64,000 bases of DNA from Macrostomum lignano (lineage: Eukaryota), in NCBI GenBank assembly GCA_002269645.1, contig NIVC01003503.1, forward strand, positions 1 to 64,000. Direction: 5' to 3'. Numbering within the stretch: position 1 is the stretch's first letter; every line of letters begins with the position of its first letter. The notes under the pieces were generated by a model, which worked only from the letters and a program-made list of their open reading frames with translations, had not been told where the DNA came from and searched no databases. The position numbers and the translations under genes were made by a program. This document shows, one piece after another, positions 1 to 13,205 of the stretch.

Positions 1-955
1 CTGAAGGCCGTCTTCTGCTTGTCTTCCGGCTTCATCGGAATTTGGAAGTAGCCGCCGTTCAGGTCGATCACGAGAAAATCTCGTTGCCAGACAACTTGTC
101 CTTGACGAAGTCCATCTGCGGAATGCCCTGCGCTGACCGCACCGTCTTCTGTTCAGCTCGCGGTAATCGATCGTCAACCGCAGGTCACCGTTCTTCTTCG
201 CACGTACACTGGGGTCGCCACGTACGGGCTGTCCGACTCCTCGATGACGTCATTGTCCAGCAGCTCCTGAATCAGCTTCCTCACCTCGGGCTCCAGTGCA
301 CCGGCAGCTTCCTCGCGCGGATCCGCACCGGGACATCGTCAGTCAGCGGGATGCTGTGCTCGTGTCGATCCGTCAGCCCTGGCCGCCTGGTGAAAATGTC
401 GCTGAACTCGCGCACAAAGCTCGGATGTCGAGTCCTCCGCGACTGGCAGGTCGATCTTGGTGAAATCCGGCACAGCTTCTCTTCAATGTCCTCGAGCTGA
501 CTGTCAGCATCGAGATGACTCACGCCGTTGATCACACAAGAGTCCTTTGATGGGGTCTCTGCTGCACTGTCGCTGAAGTCCAGGCACATGTTGCAGGCCT
601 TGATGAAGTCCAGCCCGATGATGACGGCAGCAACCAGACCTTCAGACACGTAAAACGGGTGCCGCCGCTCGATGCCGCCGAGCGACACGCCAGGCTGGCC
701 ACCTGCCGCACCGGCACCCTGCTGGTTGACTGCCCGCAGCTCCAGGTGCACGCTCTCCAGCTGAGCTGGCCGCATGCTCTGCAGGAACCGCTTGTCCACG
801 ATTGACACCTGGCTGCCTGAGTCGATAAGCGCCGTGACGTCCCGCGCCTCCGATCCTGCACTGCAGCTTGGATGTTGACGGGTTCGGCCTGATGACGACA
901 GCTGCTGCGCTGCTGCTGGCTGCACCGCTCCCCTCTGCGCCCAGGAACAACCCAC
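1..955 (-). pseudogene. Ty3/Gypsy pol fragment: aspartic protease plus start of reverse transcriptase, frameshifted, runs off the window edge
   Basis: ORF 281..955 has the retropepsin motif ALIDSGSQVSIV. Manual translation of 1-300 (-) gives EVRKLIQELLDNDVIEESDSPY...KNGDLRLTIDYRELN...IDLNGGYFQIPMKPEDKQKTAF, a typical Gypsy RT N-terminus, with small indels. Confidence 0.92.
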
Positions 956-959
956 TCAC

Positions 960-1757
960 GCTGGGGCCGCGCTCAGAACTGGCCAGGGGCGCGGCTCTGC
1001 CCCGGCCTGTGCCGTTCCCGGCGGATGATTGCAGTTCCTGGCGATGTGGCCGCGGCGGTGGCAGTTCCAGCAGGTCACCTCGCGCTGTCTCCTCGCACTG
1101 CGAATCGCGCAGGAGTCCGAAACCTTTGAGCCAGCTTTGCCGCCAGGTCTTGGACCGTCGCCTGCAGCGAGCTGACCGCAGCCCTCAGTTCTGCCGTCTC
1201 CGCGCTGCCTGCAGCTCCGGCTGCCGCTGCAAGAGGCTGCTTGAATCCGTCCGTGGTGGCAGAAGGCAGCTCCAGTAGCAGTTGTGCCCGTGCGAGAGCG
1301 TCACTCACGGTCTTGGCTGACGCGTCCGCTCTGATCTGCTTGCTGATGTCCATCGCAGTCCGCGAATAAACTGGTGAGTCAGCATGGTGGCCGTTGCGCC
1401 TGCCTCGCTAATGCCAGCGTCCTTTAGCAGCTGCTTCACGTGATAGAGAAAGAGCCGAGACAGCCCGGCAGCAGCTTCCGGCTCTCGAATGCATCCAGCG
1501 CTGAGAATTGCTGGCTGTCCGGGTGAAATGCCTGGCTCAGAGCTTTGGTCACTTTGCTGTAGTCGCTCTTGCTATTCTCGTCGAGCTCAAGAAAAACAGC
1601 CAGAGCCTCACCATCCAAAAACGTTGGCAGGTGCAAATGCTTGTCATTTACCCACTTGTTGGCTGCCGCGCACAGCTCAAACCGCTGGAGCCACTCCTTA
1701 AAGTTGCCTGAGTTGCCTGAGCCCTAGGAATCGCACGGTGACTGCCCCCTCTGCCAT
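960..1757 (-). pseudogene. Ty3/Gypsy gag, frameshifted
   Basis: ATG at 1757 just after the PBS. GSGNFKEWLQRFELCAAANKWVNDKHLHLPTFLDGEALAVFLEL is a typical Gypsy Gag N-terminus. Pieces correspond to ORFs 1436..1636 and 1075..1353. Confidence 0.8.
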
Positions 1758-1763
1758 AGTACA

Positions 1764-1774
1764 CTCTGCTACCA
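1764..1774 (-). promoter_or_regulatory. Primer-binding site TGGTAGCAGAG (complementary to the animal initiator tRNA-Met 3' end)
   Basis: + strand ctctgctacca at 1764-1774, 2 nt from the LTR end. It matches 11 nt of the tRNA-iMet 3' end (...CUCUGCUACCA). Confidence 0.8.
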
Positions 1775-1776
1775 CT

Positions 1777-2356
1777 TGTAACACGCGGTATTTGGCAGCA
1801 CCAAAAACACGAAGGCCCCGTGAGGCGTGATCGCTTTATTTATGCAAGTTGAAGTTAAGCCTGCGATGTACATAGAGAGCGAACGTACATTAAATCAATA
1901 CGATGATTCAGATAATTATTTGTCACGATTGCTAACAGTTCAGACTGCCTCTAAGGCAAGGAATAAAATATTACACATATAGCTAAGTACGTATAGCTAC
2001 TAGTAGTAGCTATAGCTCTTTATACAGTGTACATTCAAAAAGCAACTGACTTGAATAGAAATACTAGAGGCCCTTATAATTACAGTAAAACCCATGTATC
2101 TGGTGCGACAAAAACAACAAAAGCAGAATATACAGCTTACAGTACGCTTTCAGCTGGGTCTTTTTGGAAAGCAGCACATTTACATGTACAGTACGATGCG
2201 TTTAGTAGTAGGCGTGCGACTGTAGGCCAGTACGATCGCCTAGCCTACCGAAGGAGGACCACGCCGCCCACAGAATTCCTTTCAACATCTCGACTGGACT
2301 GAAAGGTTCTGCTTCCTACATGAGAGAGTTCGTTCGCCTTTCTGTATACCCTTACA
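1777..2356 (-). mobile_element. 5' LTR (~580 bp) of the Gypsy element
   Basis: Bounded by tgtaa (1777) and ttaca (2352-2356), i.e. TG...CA with short inverted termini. Adjacent to the PBS. Carries aataaa on the - strand (tttatt at ~1834). Confidence 0.75.
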
Positions 2357-2710
2357 AATTAATACAATTACATGTACCATGCACACTACTGATTTTCCAA
2401 CTGATTTAGCTTCCACCCTTTTTTATTTACACATGATCCCATGTATGATCTGTTGATGACGATAAAATCCCTGAGCTAAGCCGGGTTGCTTGGCAGTCGC
2501 ATATCTGTCACAATGAGTATTTCAGTTTGCCACGGAGACTGCAGAAGGTGCAGCACAAGGAGTGCATGTTTTCAAATATCGTGAGGATGGCGTAAGGCTA
2601 TAGGTTTACGTCATTTGCATGCGGATCGTCATCGCGAGACGCAAGATAGATAATTGATCGTAGGCCGTCTCACAAAAAATACACTTTTTGCGTTCTATTT
2701 TCGATAAAAC

Positions 2711-2995
2711 TGCATTCAATTTCGGCAAACTGGCATCAGCTATATGGCCGCACATCCAAACTGCATTGGAATTCGACAAACCGAGAACCAATTTCGGCAA
2801 ACTGCATCCAATTTCGGCAACTCGAGTTTCTATTTAGACAAACTGATATTCAACTTCGGCAAACTGCATTCAATTTCGGCATCGTATATTCAATTTCGGC
2901 AGCGCCTCGTGACACAGACTGTCTATGTAAATAGGTACGCATCTATACCCAAAACTGATTTTCAATTTCGGCAAACTGCACTCAATTTCGACAGC
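2711..2995 (+). repeat. Cluster of ~8 dispersed CAATTTCGGCA(AACTGCA) motifs
   Basis: Exact motif at 2717, 2789, 2809, 2871, 2891 and 2963; variants at 2851 and 2983. Confidence 0.75.
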
Positions 2996-3275
2996 GCTAA
3001 TCTAAAAGGGAATAAAGAAAGAAAAGAGGACTTAGGACTTAGAGTCTGCACTGCATTTGGAGTACAGTTACGGTGTAATTGAATGCGGATCACTTGTGCA
3101 CGAAGACTATGTGCATCCTGTGCAATTGTTTCTGGCTATGCGCTTTGTTCCTTCGCGCGCCATGTTTGCTGATGAGTGCACAGGTTTTTGCGTGTTACAG
3201 CAGCTTACACCTATATGGAGCCGCGAAACCTGAACGATAACTCGTCATACCAGAAACCTAGTAAAATTTAGTATG

Positions 3276-3309
3276 CAGGGACTACTCAAACATGTTTGAG
3301 TAGTCCCTG
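3276..3309. repeat. Perfect 34-bp palindrome with no spacer
   Basis: cagggactactcaaaca followed directly by tgtttgagtagtccctg. Confidence 0.95.
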
Positions 3310-3439
3310 GTAGTATGTTAGAAGGCTCAAAAGACGAAATCCTCTATCCTATGAACCACAAAAGTGCATATGCTAGTTTATATAAAGTTTTCTCAACTGA
3401 CTCAATCTCACGATCTCAATAATTTTTTACATTCTTTTA

Positions 3440-5408
3440 TGCCATAGTCCCGACGGCTTGGTCCGAAATCGGGCCATAGACAAATTAGACAAATTTTCTT
3501 AGTCTAACTTTCACACCGTAGACGTCGGGAGCTGTTAAAGTCAAATGCATTCCATAGAGTTCTAGCATAGAGTTTCCAAGATCCATTCAAACTAATCGTT
3601 TATCAACAAAACCGGAGTCAGCTGATTCGTCTAGCTATTACTCAACTGCTGACGAGGCCGTTGATGAGTTTGAAGATGAGGTAGAGAACCCAGGAGTCGA
3701 ACACGTTGGTGAGTGGCAGTGGCACATGGTTCAAGCTGACACTGATAATCGACCATCAGCCTTGCCTGAATTCCTCGGTACCCCCGGTGCACGACCTGAT
3801 TGGCATTCTCCACATGCTGCGGATGGAAACGAAGAAGCTTTCCTGAAGCTATTTCTGACGGATCAACTGTTTGAAGATATTAGCTGATGGACCAATGCAA
3901 AAGCTTGGAAGATCTTTCAGGAGGCAGAGACTCAGGATGCTGTACCGAAGCTGGTGTTAAACTGGCGTGATTGCTCGACTAATGAAGCTCGAAAAGTTGG
4001 TGGGCATTGTGCTGCTCATGGGAGTCGACAAGAAGCCAGAAATAGCCAGCTACTGGTCAACCGATCTGATCTTTCACTGCCCGTTTCTTTCCAAGCCTTT
4101 CTCTCTATCAAGAGACCGATTTAAGCAGCTCCTGTCGTGTCTCCGTTTCTACGACTGCTCCGAGGCTTTAGGTGCTGGTCCATTGGCAAAGGTGAAGCCC
4201 TTTCTCGATCGTGTGAGGCACCTCTGCAGCAATAACTACATGCCCGACAGCGACTTTCAATTGTTGAGACGCTGGTGCTTTACAAAGGGAGAGTTGCTTT
4301 CAAGCAATATATCCCGTCGAAGCGAAGCAAGTATGGCATAGAGCTGTACTGCCTCTGCGAGACTGAGAGTTCATATTTATGGAACTTCGTCATACACACG
4401 TCTCCTGAGGTTAATCAACAGTTTGGTGAAGGACTCGGATGTCAAGGCTTGAGTATGAGCGAGAGAGTTGTGGCAGAGCTGTGCCGCGGTCTCCTCCATC
4501 TCGGACATCATGTGTTCACTGATAGTTGGTTTACATCACGCCGGCTGGCCGATTGGTTGCTGCAACACGATACGCTGCTGCCGGACGGTGCGGAAGGATC
4601 GCGGCATTCCGCTGATTTGCAGGCTGTCAACATCCACCCAACTTCATCTGCATTCGCACGTTCAGGTGACCTCTTAGCGTGTAAATTTGTCGACAGGAAG
4701 CAAAGCGGCACCAAGACTCTGTACTCGCTGGACACGGTGGGCAAGAAAGAATGCATTCAGGTTCAACGCAACCGTCGCGGTGGTGCAATCGAATTTTTGT
4801 TGGTGTTAATGTTCGTTATTTAACTGAATTGTTATGCGTTGCAATATTCGTTATGATTTTTTTCGGCTCTATTGCAGTCTCGTGCAAGTGCATGCACAGT
4901 TTTGAGTCTCCTATTCAGGCACAATCCCTTTACTGGCCGTTCCCTTTCATCGTCTACCCACATGTACCTAACCACCTACTCCTACTACCTACTCATTGTA
5001 CCATCCTGCTTACTCGTATCTGACACATGCTCCAGTGTTTGCATCTTTTCCTACTTGGAAATTGTCCCTTATAAGTCATGTAATTAGACTATTCCGGCTT
5101 CATTGGGAACAAGCTTACTTCCTACAAGCAATTTTTACAGTTTTGTTGAAAACTTCCTCAGTATAAAACGAATTATTAAAACTACAGGTATGACATATGA
5201 CGTATGACATCTAAGCTAAAAATTCTCATTTTTGCGTCATCTACTATTTGCAACATTCTTAGACACTGACCCGAAATCGGCCATTCCGTCGGGAACGGGT
5301 GTGCTGAGATGATGATTGATTTGCCATAGACTTTTACAAACGCACAGCCGTTCGCTTCGGTGCTGGTGGGATGACCCGAAATCGGGCCATCCGCCCGCTC
5401 ATGGTTAA
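3440..5408 (+). mobile_element. Decayed piggyBac DNA transposon
   Basis: Transposase remnants (next feature). The right end reads ...gggccatccgcccgctcatgg|TTAA (5405-5408). The ccgaaatcgg(g)ccat motif recurs at ~3463, ~5271 and ~5376. A clean left TIR was not found. Confidence 0.8.
3700..4823 (+). pseudogene. piggyBac transposase (DDE_Tnp_1_7-like), with frameshifts and stops
   Basis: FLKLFLTDQLFEDIS*WTN; LMGVDKKPEIASYWS; SRDRFKQLLSCLRF; KVKPFLD; YKGRVAFKQYIPSKRSKYGIELYCLCE; HHVFTDSWFTS. Confidence 0.9.
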
Positions 5409-5718
5409 ATAACTATACTAAACAAATTTGTTAAAAAAGTTAATCGACTGCGGCTTTTTGATTCATCTCTAATTTGAACAGTTTACAGTGTTGCTCGTTG
5501 CTAATCGCGATTAAAAGTGAACGGTGAACATACTTTTCTGACAACAAGAATTTCTAATCACGAAAACGAAGAAAAAAGGAATATAATATGTACGGTTATT
5601 GTATTAATAAATATTTCGTAATAATTGGTAAGTTCGCAATTATTAGTAGTTATATCGCGACCAAAGTACGCCTGAGGCAATACTTAAGGGACAAAAAAGA
5701 ACAAAGAAACTTCATGGA

Positions 5719-7459
5719 CTAATATTTGCTTATCGTTAAATAGGCAAACAAGACTATTATAATAACAGCATCATTCAACGTCAGATACACGTACTTCTTC
5801 AGGGAGCTGCTTTTCTGAGCCTTGAATATCTTTGCGTTGTCCTTGCGATCACCCAACTGCTGAGCGCTCGATACTTTGGTCTTCTTCCTGCCAAAGGAGG
5901 CGATGTCGAAGATGAGCTCGAACAGCTCGCACAGGGTGAGCAGAGACATTCCCAGGTAGATGCCCATGATGCCGCCGACGTCCGAGATGAAGTCTGCAAA
6001 CCGTAGTCGATCGAGAAGTTCATCCGATCGCACAGAACTCGATGCGGCTTGAAGTGCACTTTGAGCATGTTGCTGCGGATGTATGAGGACACGATCGACT
6101 CGTTTCCGTTCACGACGAGGTCGAGAGCCGGAACACTCAGATTCTTAGACTTGGCCCTCATCCAAACAGGTTCGATGGAGCTGCTGACGAACGGCATCAT
6201 TGAGCTCTGAGTGGGCCAGTCGGAACTGGAGATGGTCGCGCTGTACTGCAGTGTGCTGCAAAGTCGCTTAGCTTTACATGCTTCTTTCGATATTCCGTCG
6301 AACTGAGTGGTGAGAGGTTCCAGAGATGGGTCGCTAAAAAATACCAAGAAGTTTGGATCACCTGTAAGGTTAAGTGCGAACTTCTTTCCACGCAGAGGCC
6401 ACGGAAGAGGACCGGCATCGCTTGACAGATTGACGAGCTGCTGCATCTGTCGGTGGAACTCGTAGTAGAAGCAGTACGAGTAGCTGTACGAGTGCTTGTA
6501 TGGAGTCTCGTCGTACGGGTTCACGAACTGAACGTCGGCGGGTCGCTCAGACAGTCGAACTGACCAGCCTTGTACACCTGCTGCGTCATGTCGATCTCGA
6601 CGGTGTGGGACTTTCCGGGTCCAAGCGAGAACGAGCTCACGAAATCGGACGGATACTCACCTGGAGGCGTGAGGAACACTTTCACACCTGCTTGTCTGTC
6701 GGGTCCGTTGTAGTCGGCGACATCGAGCGACCAGTCGGACACAGGAATGAGAGTTCGTCCTGCGTACACCATCTTGCGGATCGAGTGTCCGCTCGATGCG
6801 AGTCCTTGGAACGCCGAGTCCGTAACCAGGGTGACCACAATGCCGGATGATGAGCCGGTCTGTTCAATCTGTTGTTGCCACGTGCTGTTCAGAGTCCACT
6901 TGAGACAGCGCAAGTACATCGGATGGTAGAAGGTCTGCGCTTCGATGGGCGCATACTGGGCCATTCCAAATAGCTTAAACTTGAAGTCACTCGTGATGAT
7001 GCTCTGTTCGTTTCGGTGAGCCAGAGCATCAATCAACAGCTGATATGATATTGACTGAGGATAAGCACGGGATAGCCTCATTTCTTGGGGTGTAGTTTCT
7101 GTTAATCCGTTTATTTGCAATCCCCGCCGTAGGACGGTTTGAGAGCTATTGAGCTGATCGTTGATTGCAGCAGCCGATGCCTCATCAATAGTAGCAGAGT
7201 AGCTGCCAGAGATCGGGTTCTCGAAACAGGCGTACACATCCGGGAACTGGAAGTTGAGACTGTTTCCATCAAGCGAGCTGGTGACCTGCCGAGACTGCAG
7301 CTTGACAACGAATTGGTAGAATCCGTAAAAGAAGAGTCCCGACATCAGCAGCATCAGGATGAGCCAGAAAGCTCGCACAACCAACGGTTTGCTGCTCACT
7401 ACTCTGGGCAGTCCGTGCGCTGAGGTGGAAGACATGGCTTCCTTGATCGGCTGCAGCAT
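5719..7459 (-). pseudogene. DEG/ENaC channel subunit, copy 1 (two single-base frameshifts, at ~6535 and ~5995)
   Basis: ORFs 6521..7459, 5799..6524 and 5719..6033 tile one subunit: HG motif (STSAHGLPRV), TM1, FPDVYAC, TM2 DFISDVGGIMGIYLGMSLLT. Each break is the loss of one C from a CC relative to the intact copies. Confidence 0.9.
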
Positions 7460-8263
7460 AAATGTTTCTGGTTGCAGTTTCTGGGTTCCAGATTTAGTCT
7501 CGCATTTACTGCTCGTAGAGAAGTTTTAGGTCGACAAACTTATCAGCATGTATTTATACAACGATACTGTACTGCATTTCTAGATAGCAAGTCTGAGTGG
7601 CGATTCCCATTATTACGAGCGAAGATTTCTGAATCGCTTCTAGACTTGCTTTTCCACAATGGACTGTCAAGGGCTGCTTTATGTATTGGCCAGGTCTGGA
7701 TGCGTTTTCATTTTGTTAATTGATTAATTATATGTGGTCCCCTTCGTTTCGAGTATCTATGCCATTGTTAGCAGCTTGATTGTGCCCAGTCCGAAAGCAG
7801 TAGACTGCTTGAGTGGTTATAGGTACTTTGGATATTTTTGGCACAAAATACCACCCTAGTCCATTTCCGATGCCCTACAAATATAGTACTTTTACACTGG
7901 ATTGCTGTCCACTGAAATAAACTCAGCACAACATGTATTGTGCTTCAGACCCACTTTATATAATTAGTATTTGTGACCGCTCCGCCAACCGTCAATTATC
8001 AAATAAAGAGAGCAAAAATTATTCCAGAGAGACATATATGGTATTTCTACACAAACAATATATATTCTTGTATATATATGGAAGGCTAAGACTAATCTTA
8101 TCTCGTACTTGTCTACCAATAGAGAACAATTGTCAGATGCAGGTAGCCACTAAAATAATAATTGGCTGTCAACGCTAAACATTCGCACTCACATGTACGT
8201 GAACAGTAAAATTTACTCAAGAGTCAAAGCTTATTGCAGCAATGGATACGTTGCTGCTGATGT

Positions 8264-9928
8264 TTAATTATTCGGAAGATCTCTTGACGATTGATGATTA
8301 GTCAATGCTGGCACACCAATCTTGTTTGTTACTCCACTTGTGTTCGAAGGTCTCCATTTTTTTAAGCTGACTGAGACGATGTCGAAGATAAGCTCGAACA
8401 GCTCGCACAGGGTGAGCAGAGACATTCCCAGGGTAGATGCCCATGATGCCGCCGACGAGTCCGAGATGAAGTCCTGCAAACCGTAGTCGATCGAGAAGTT
8501 CATGCGATCGCACAGAACTCGATGCGGCTTGAAGTGCACTTTGAGCATGTTGCTGCGGATGTATGATGACACGATCGACTCGTTTCCGTTCACGACGAGG
8601 TCGAGAGCCGGAACACTCAGATTCTTAGAGTTGGCCCTCATCCAAACAGGTTCGATGGAGCTGCTGACGAACGGCATCATTGAGCTCTGAGTGGGCCAGT
8701 CGAACTGGAGATGGTCGCGCTGTACTGCAGTGTGCTGCAAGGCTTCTTGGTTTTACATTTAGCGTTTGTTACTTTAGCAAACTGCTCCATGTTATAATTT
8801 GCTTTGTAAAATATCAAAAAGTTTGGCTCGTCAGTAAAATTCGTGACGAACTTTTTTCCACGCAGCGGCCACGGAAGTGGTCCGACAGCGTTTGACAGAT
8901 TGACGAGCTGCTGCATCTGTCGGTGGAACTCGTAGTAGAAGCAGTACGAGTAGCTGTACGAGTGCTTGTACGGAGTCTCGTCGTACGGGTTCACGAACTG
9001 AACATCAGGCGGGTCGCTCAGACAGTCGAACTGACCAGCCTTGTACACCTGCTGCGTCATGTCGATCTCGACGGTGTGGGACTTTCCGGGTCCCAGCGAG
9101 AACGAGCTCACGAAGTCGGACGGATACTCACCTGGAGGCGTGAGGAACACTTTCACACCTGCCTGTCTGTCGGGTCCGTTGTAGTCGGCGACATTGAGCG
9201 ACCAGTCGGACACAGGAATGGGAGTTCGTCTTGCGTACACCATCTTGCGGATCGAGTGTCCGCTCGATGCGAGTCCTTGGAACGCCGAGTCCGTAACTAG
9301 GGTGACCACAATGCCGGATGATGAGCCGGTCTGTACGATCCTTTGTTGCCACGTGCTGTTCAGAGTCCACTTGAGACAGCGCAAGTACATCGGTGGTAGA
9401 AGGTCTGCGCTTCAGCGTCCTCGAAGTCAAGCATTCCGTAGTTGCTATTGAACTTTATGTCGCTTGAAATGACTGCCTGTTCGTGTCGGTGGGCCAGCGC
9501 GTCGATTAAAAGTTTGTAAGATATCGACTGTGGAAAGACACTTGTAAAGTATTTTTAAAATGTTTTGTTTCTCTGTCCAATTTTTTTAACTCGCGCGTTA
9601 GGGCAAAGTCGAAGCTGTTGAGCTGATGATTGATTGCAGCAGCCGATGCCTCATCCACAGTCGCAGAGTAGCTGCCAGAGATCGGGTTCTCGAAACAGGC
9701 GTACACATCCGGGAACTGGAAGTTGAGGCCATTTCCTTCAAGCGTGCTCGTTACCTGCCGAGACTGCAGCTTGACAGCGAATTGGTAGAATCCGTAAAGG
9801 AAGAGGCTCGACATCAGCAGCATCAGGGTGAGCCAGAAAGCTCGCACAGCCAGAGGTTTGCTGCTGACAATTCTCGAGAACCCATGGGCCGAAGTTGAGG
9901 CCATGGCCATCTTCAACTGTTGTTTCAT
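8264..9928 (-). pseudogene. DEG/ENaC subunit, copy 2 (divergent variable blocks, several indels)
   Basis: ORFs 9506..9991, 8677..9390 and 8264..8740. Same motifs as copy 1. Indels at ~9420, ~9390, ~8700, ~8458 and ~8432. Confidence 0.88.
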
Positions 9929-12699
9929 TTTGATTTGAGAATAACTCGTACAGTTTTTTTGCAATATGAGCTTGAGTTCCTTTCGGTTCATTTGTCGCTT
10001 TTAAATCGTCTCGCAACAGTATAGTGGGTGGTGTGCTGTTTGACGAACTAATGGCGTTTTGTTTGGCTATTTTTTGAGTGGGAAGTACACTGCTATCGCT
10101 TAAATAGTGCAACTGATCTATAAAGCGCTGGAAAAGACTTCTGAAATTGTATCTTGGGAAAATACGAGAATTATTTAAAATGACTATGGGGCTTTGGCTA
10201 TGGAAAAATTTAAAGGTAAGAATTAATCATTACAGCACATCAGTGACAGTGTTAAAGCTTTTATCAAGTTTCAGCTGCACGCTGATATGTCAATATTTGG
10301 TGAGCTTTTCGATTTAACGTATTATTGCTTTTCCGTTTGCTTGGCCAGCCGCTCTTAGCAAACTGTAGCTAATTGCTGCTGCCAAAAGTGACTTGTTATT
10401 TGAGTGTAAATTCCTGCATTGCTATCTATTAAAAGCTTCCCTCCATCGGACGCAACCAGCAACCAGGTAAAAAGCTTTTTATTTGACAGGCAGCACACAG
10501 CTTAAGCTGATGGAAAATTATTAGATTGGGGGAAACTGAGGGATGAGACAAGACGGGAGAGGGAAGATAAAAGAGGAGAGGAGATTAGAGAAAAAGAGCA
10601 CGCTTTTTCTATTGTAAAAGCAAACTCAACAACGGAATTAATAATCTTTGCGCACTCGTGTCTAGATCGTTGCTGCACTCAAAAGCCGTGCACCATGTCT
10701 CCACTGGTGAACGCCCGAAATGTTTGTATAGTCTAAAGCAGACAGTTTGAAGAGTTAGCAGTCACACCAAACGTGTGACTGTCAACAATTATGAATGAAA
10801 TTGATCTTGAAATAGATGGGCGCTTCGAAGTTTTGGCGGGGCGCTAAAAATCAATGACTATACTCACCGACTCTATAGGACCGCCGAAACTAAATAGCCA
10901 GAAGTAATAAAATACGACTTGTAAACTCACTACGGTCAACTTTACTAAACAATCGAAGATTTGTGCCTGGTTTTGTTTGGGCCACAAACGATTGCGTCGA
11001 CGGAAATTGTGAACTAAGTAAATTTTTGCGCGCCTTTCAGGCATCGAAACAGGAATACAACAGATTGCTTATCTGCGAATAGTCTATGGTCAAGCCGCCC
11101 TCCATCTTTGGATATTCCCAACGGTTATATTTGGATATACCCATTTGCAGATGAGCAATCTGTGTATTCCTGTATCAATGCGTTTGCAATGATATTTTTT
11201 ATTCGATACAACAAAGCTGAATAAACAGATTACGAAAACGGTAACACAGCCTGCAGCACAGCAGTATCCATTGCGGATACGTCAGCCGAAGAAATATCTT
11301 TAGACGTTACACTCACATCGGCCGAATTGCATGGTTTGTTCCGCATGGGATCCTCGGGGTAAGCCTCTTCTTCGCTTGGCAGTGGTGGCAGAGCATCATC
11401 GTTACCGCATTCAATGAATCGGATGAACTCCATCAACTCTTAGTCATCCGCCTCGTCACGTCCACCCATACTCAAGTCGCTGAGAAAGTTGACCTCATTT
11501 CCATTCAAGCCGTCAATGCTTTCAATCGGCAAATTCGACCAATTTATCATTCGTATGAGTGGCATGAATAGAGGTTAGGGCAAACAGGAGAAACAGGAAC
11601 ATGTATCCTCTGCTGCAGAGTTCCAGCTTATAAGACCACAACTTCATTTAACATGTTTCGTCTATGGTAATTTCAGACTGTTCCGCTTAACTTTTCGTTC
11701 CAGACGTTTATTCTATGGCCATCATTTGGCTTGCACCAAGTGGAAAATGCCTATGACACAAATCCCTAGAATCGCTTAGTGAACAATTCCCGTCTGGGAA
11801 GTTGTGTCCTAGCCGTTTTGAATTGGTTTTTTGGACGAAAATAGACACAATTCCACTATCGAGAGGTCACGCTTCACACACAACTGCCATAGCGTCGAGG
11901 CCGGTAGGTCTCCTCCTTGTCCTCGTGTTTTCTATGTAAGAAAGGTCAAATATAGCGTATAATCTTTGCCTGGTTCTGGCCATAGACATTGTGCAGCATT
12001 TGCAACAATTTGGCTTTATTGGTGTACCCCTAAAAACCCCATTCAAAATGATAGTCGTACAATGATCTACGAGTTTTTGCAATCAAAAAACTACTCAAGT
12101 ATCTGCGGTATCTACCGAGTTTAAAAAATATCGAAGTTAAATTCAATCGTGGTGTTGCTTCCTTTTACAGTAAATAATAGGAAACCCATTTCGGCCACAA
12201 TAGCATTATTTGCCGGAATTGTTAAATGTAGATTGTGTTGTGTTTTTAGTTATAGTGAAGTTCACGTAGACTCTCAGGTCTCGCTTAATATGTTTATACT
12301 CATGCGCGTTGACAACAGTGTTACGCAGTCAAACGAACGATACTCATAATTGAACGCACGATGCATATAAGGTAATTGAACAGCCATGTATACATTCTAG
12401 CCCCAAAGTTAGTCAGTTAGTTAAAACACTTGGACCCGATATGGACAGTTACTACAGATTGTGTATATGGTTGCTAGCCGGCTGGGATCCTTTTGCAGCA
12501 ACCGCATATGTCATGGTCATAAAATATAAAGGGAACCATAACAATCTACGAGATGCCCTTTTCCAGAAGTTATAGCAATACTAAGGTTCAGCCGCTACAC
12601 TGATTGCTGCAGGAAAAAGGGAAAATACGAGTACATGCTGACATTGCTCATAATATACGAACGTACACACACCTTTCTCAAACAGATGTCATAGCTGCT

Positions 12700-12835
12700 C
12701 GAAAGCCTGCGGTCCTCCTCTTCCATGGCTTGTCCTTCTTTAGCAGTTTGATGAGGGGCTCCGCAAGCCTGGAGAGGCTGGGAATGAAGTTGCCAATGTA
12801 CTTCACGAAACGAGCCACTTCCTTGGCTTCAGTAT
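12700..12835 (-). mobile_element. Short Gypsy pol fragment (RT-RNase H connection)
   Basis: Translates as EAKEVARFVKYIGNFIPSLSRLAEPLIKLLKKDKPW. Confidence 0.7.
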
Positions 12836-13205
12836 TTTTGAATTGGTCAACATATTATTCTTCAATTTCAAAAAATCATCAAAAATTCCAAGAAAGATCT
12901 ACCTGAAGGCAGCCATCAAAACAAAAATTTATCACGATAAAAATATTAGCAACAACAACAAAAACAAAATGCGCACGCCGTTATTGGGCCGCACTTCTAA
13001 AACAGTCAGGTCCCCCAGTCAGAGTCAGAATAGGGGCTCTCGCATCCCTCAGAAGCAGCTCGGAGTAGGTGATGAGGTCAATCGCTCATCTTTCAGAAGT
13101 CAATGGGATCAAATTCTTGCACGCTTAATCCAACAAATAAAACGCGTTTATTTACTACTGTTGTAGGATATTTCAACGCCATGTCAGATTAAAAAAATCT
13201 TTAAT

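Noticed and set aside
11230-11560. Acidic ORF fragment (MPLIRMINW...DD*ELMEFIRFIECG...)
   Set aside because: It contains an internal stop, has no recognisable family and no splice support; too weak to call.
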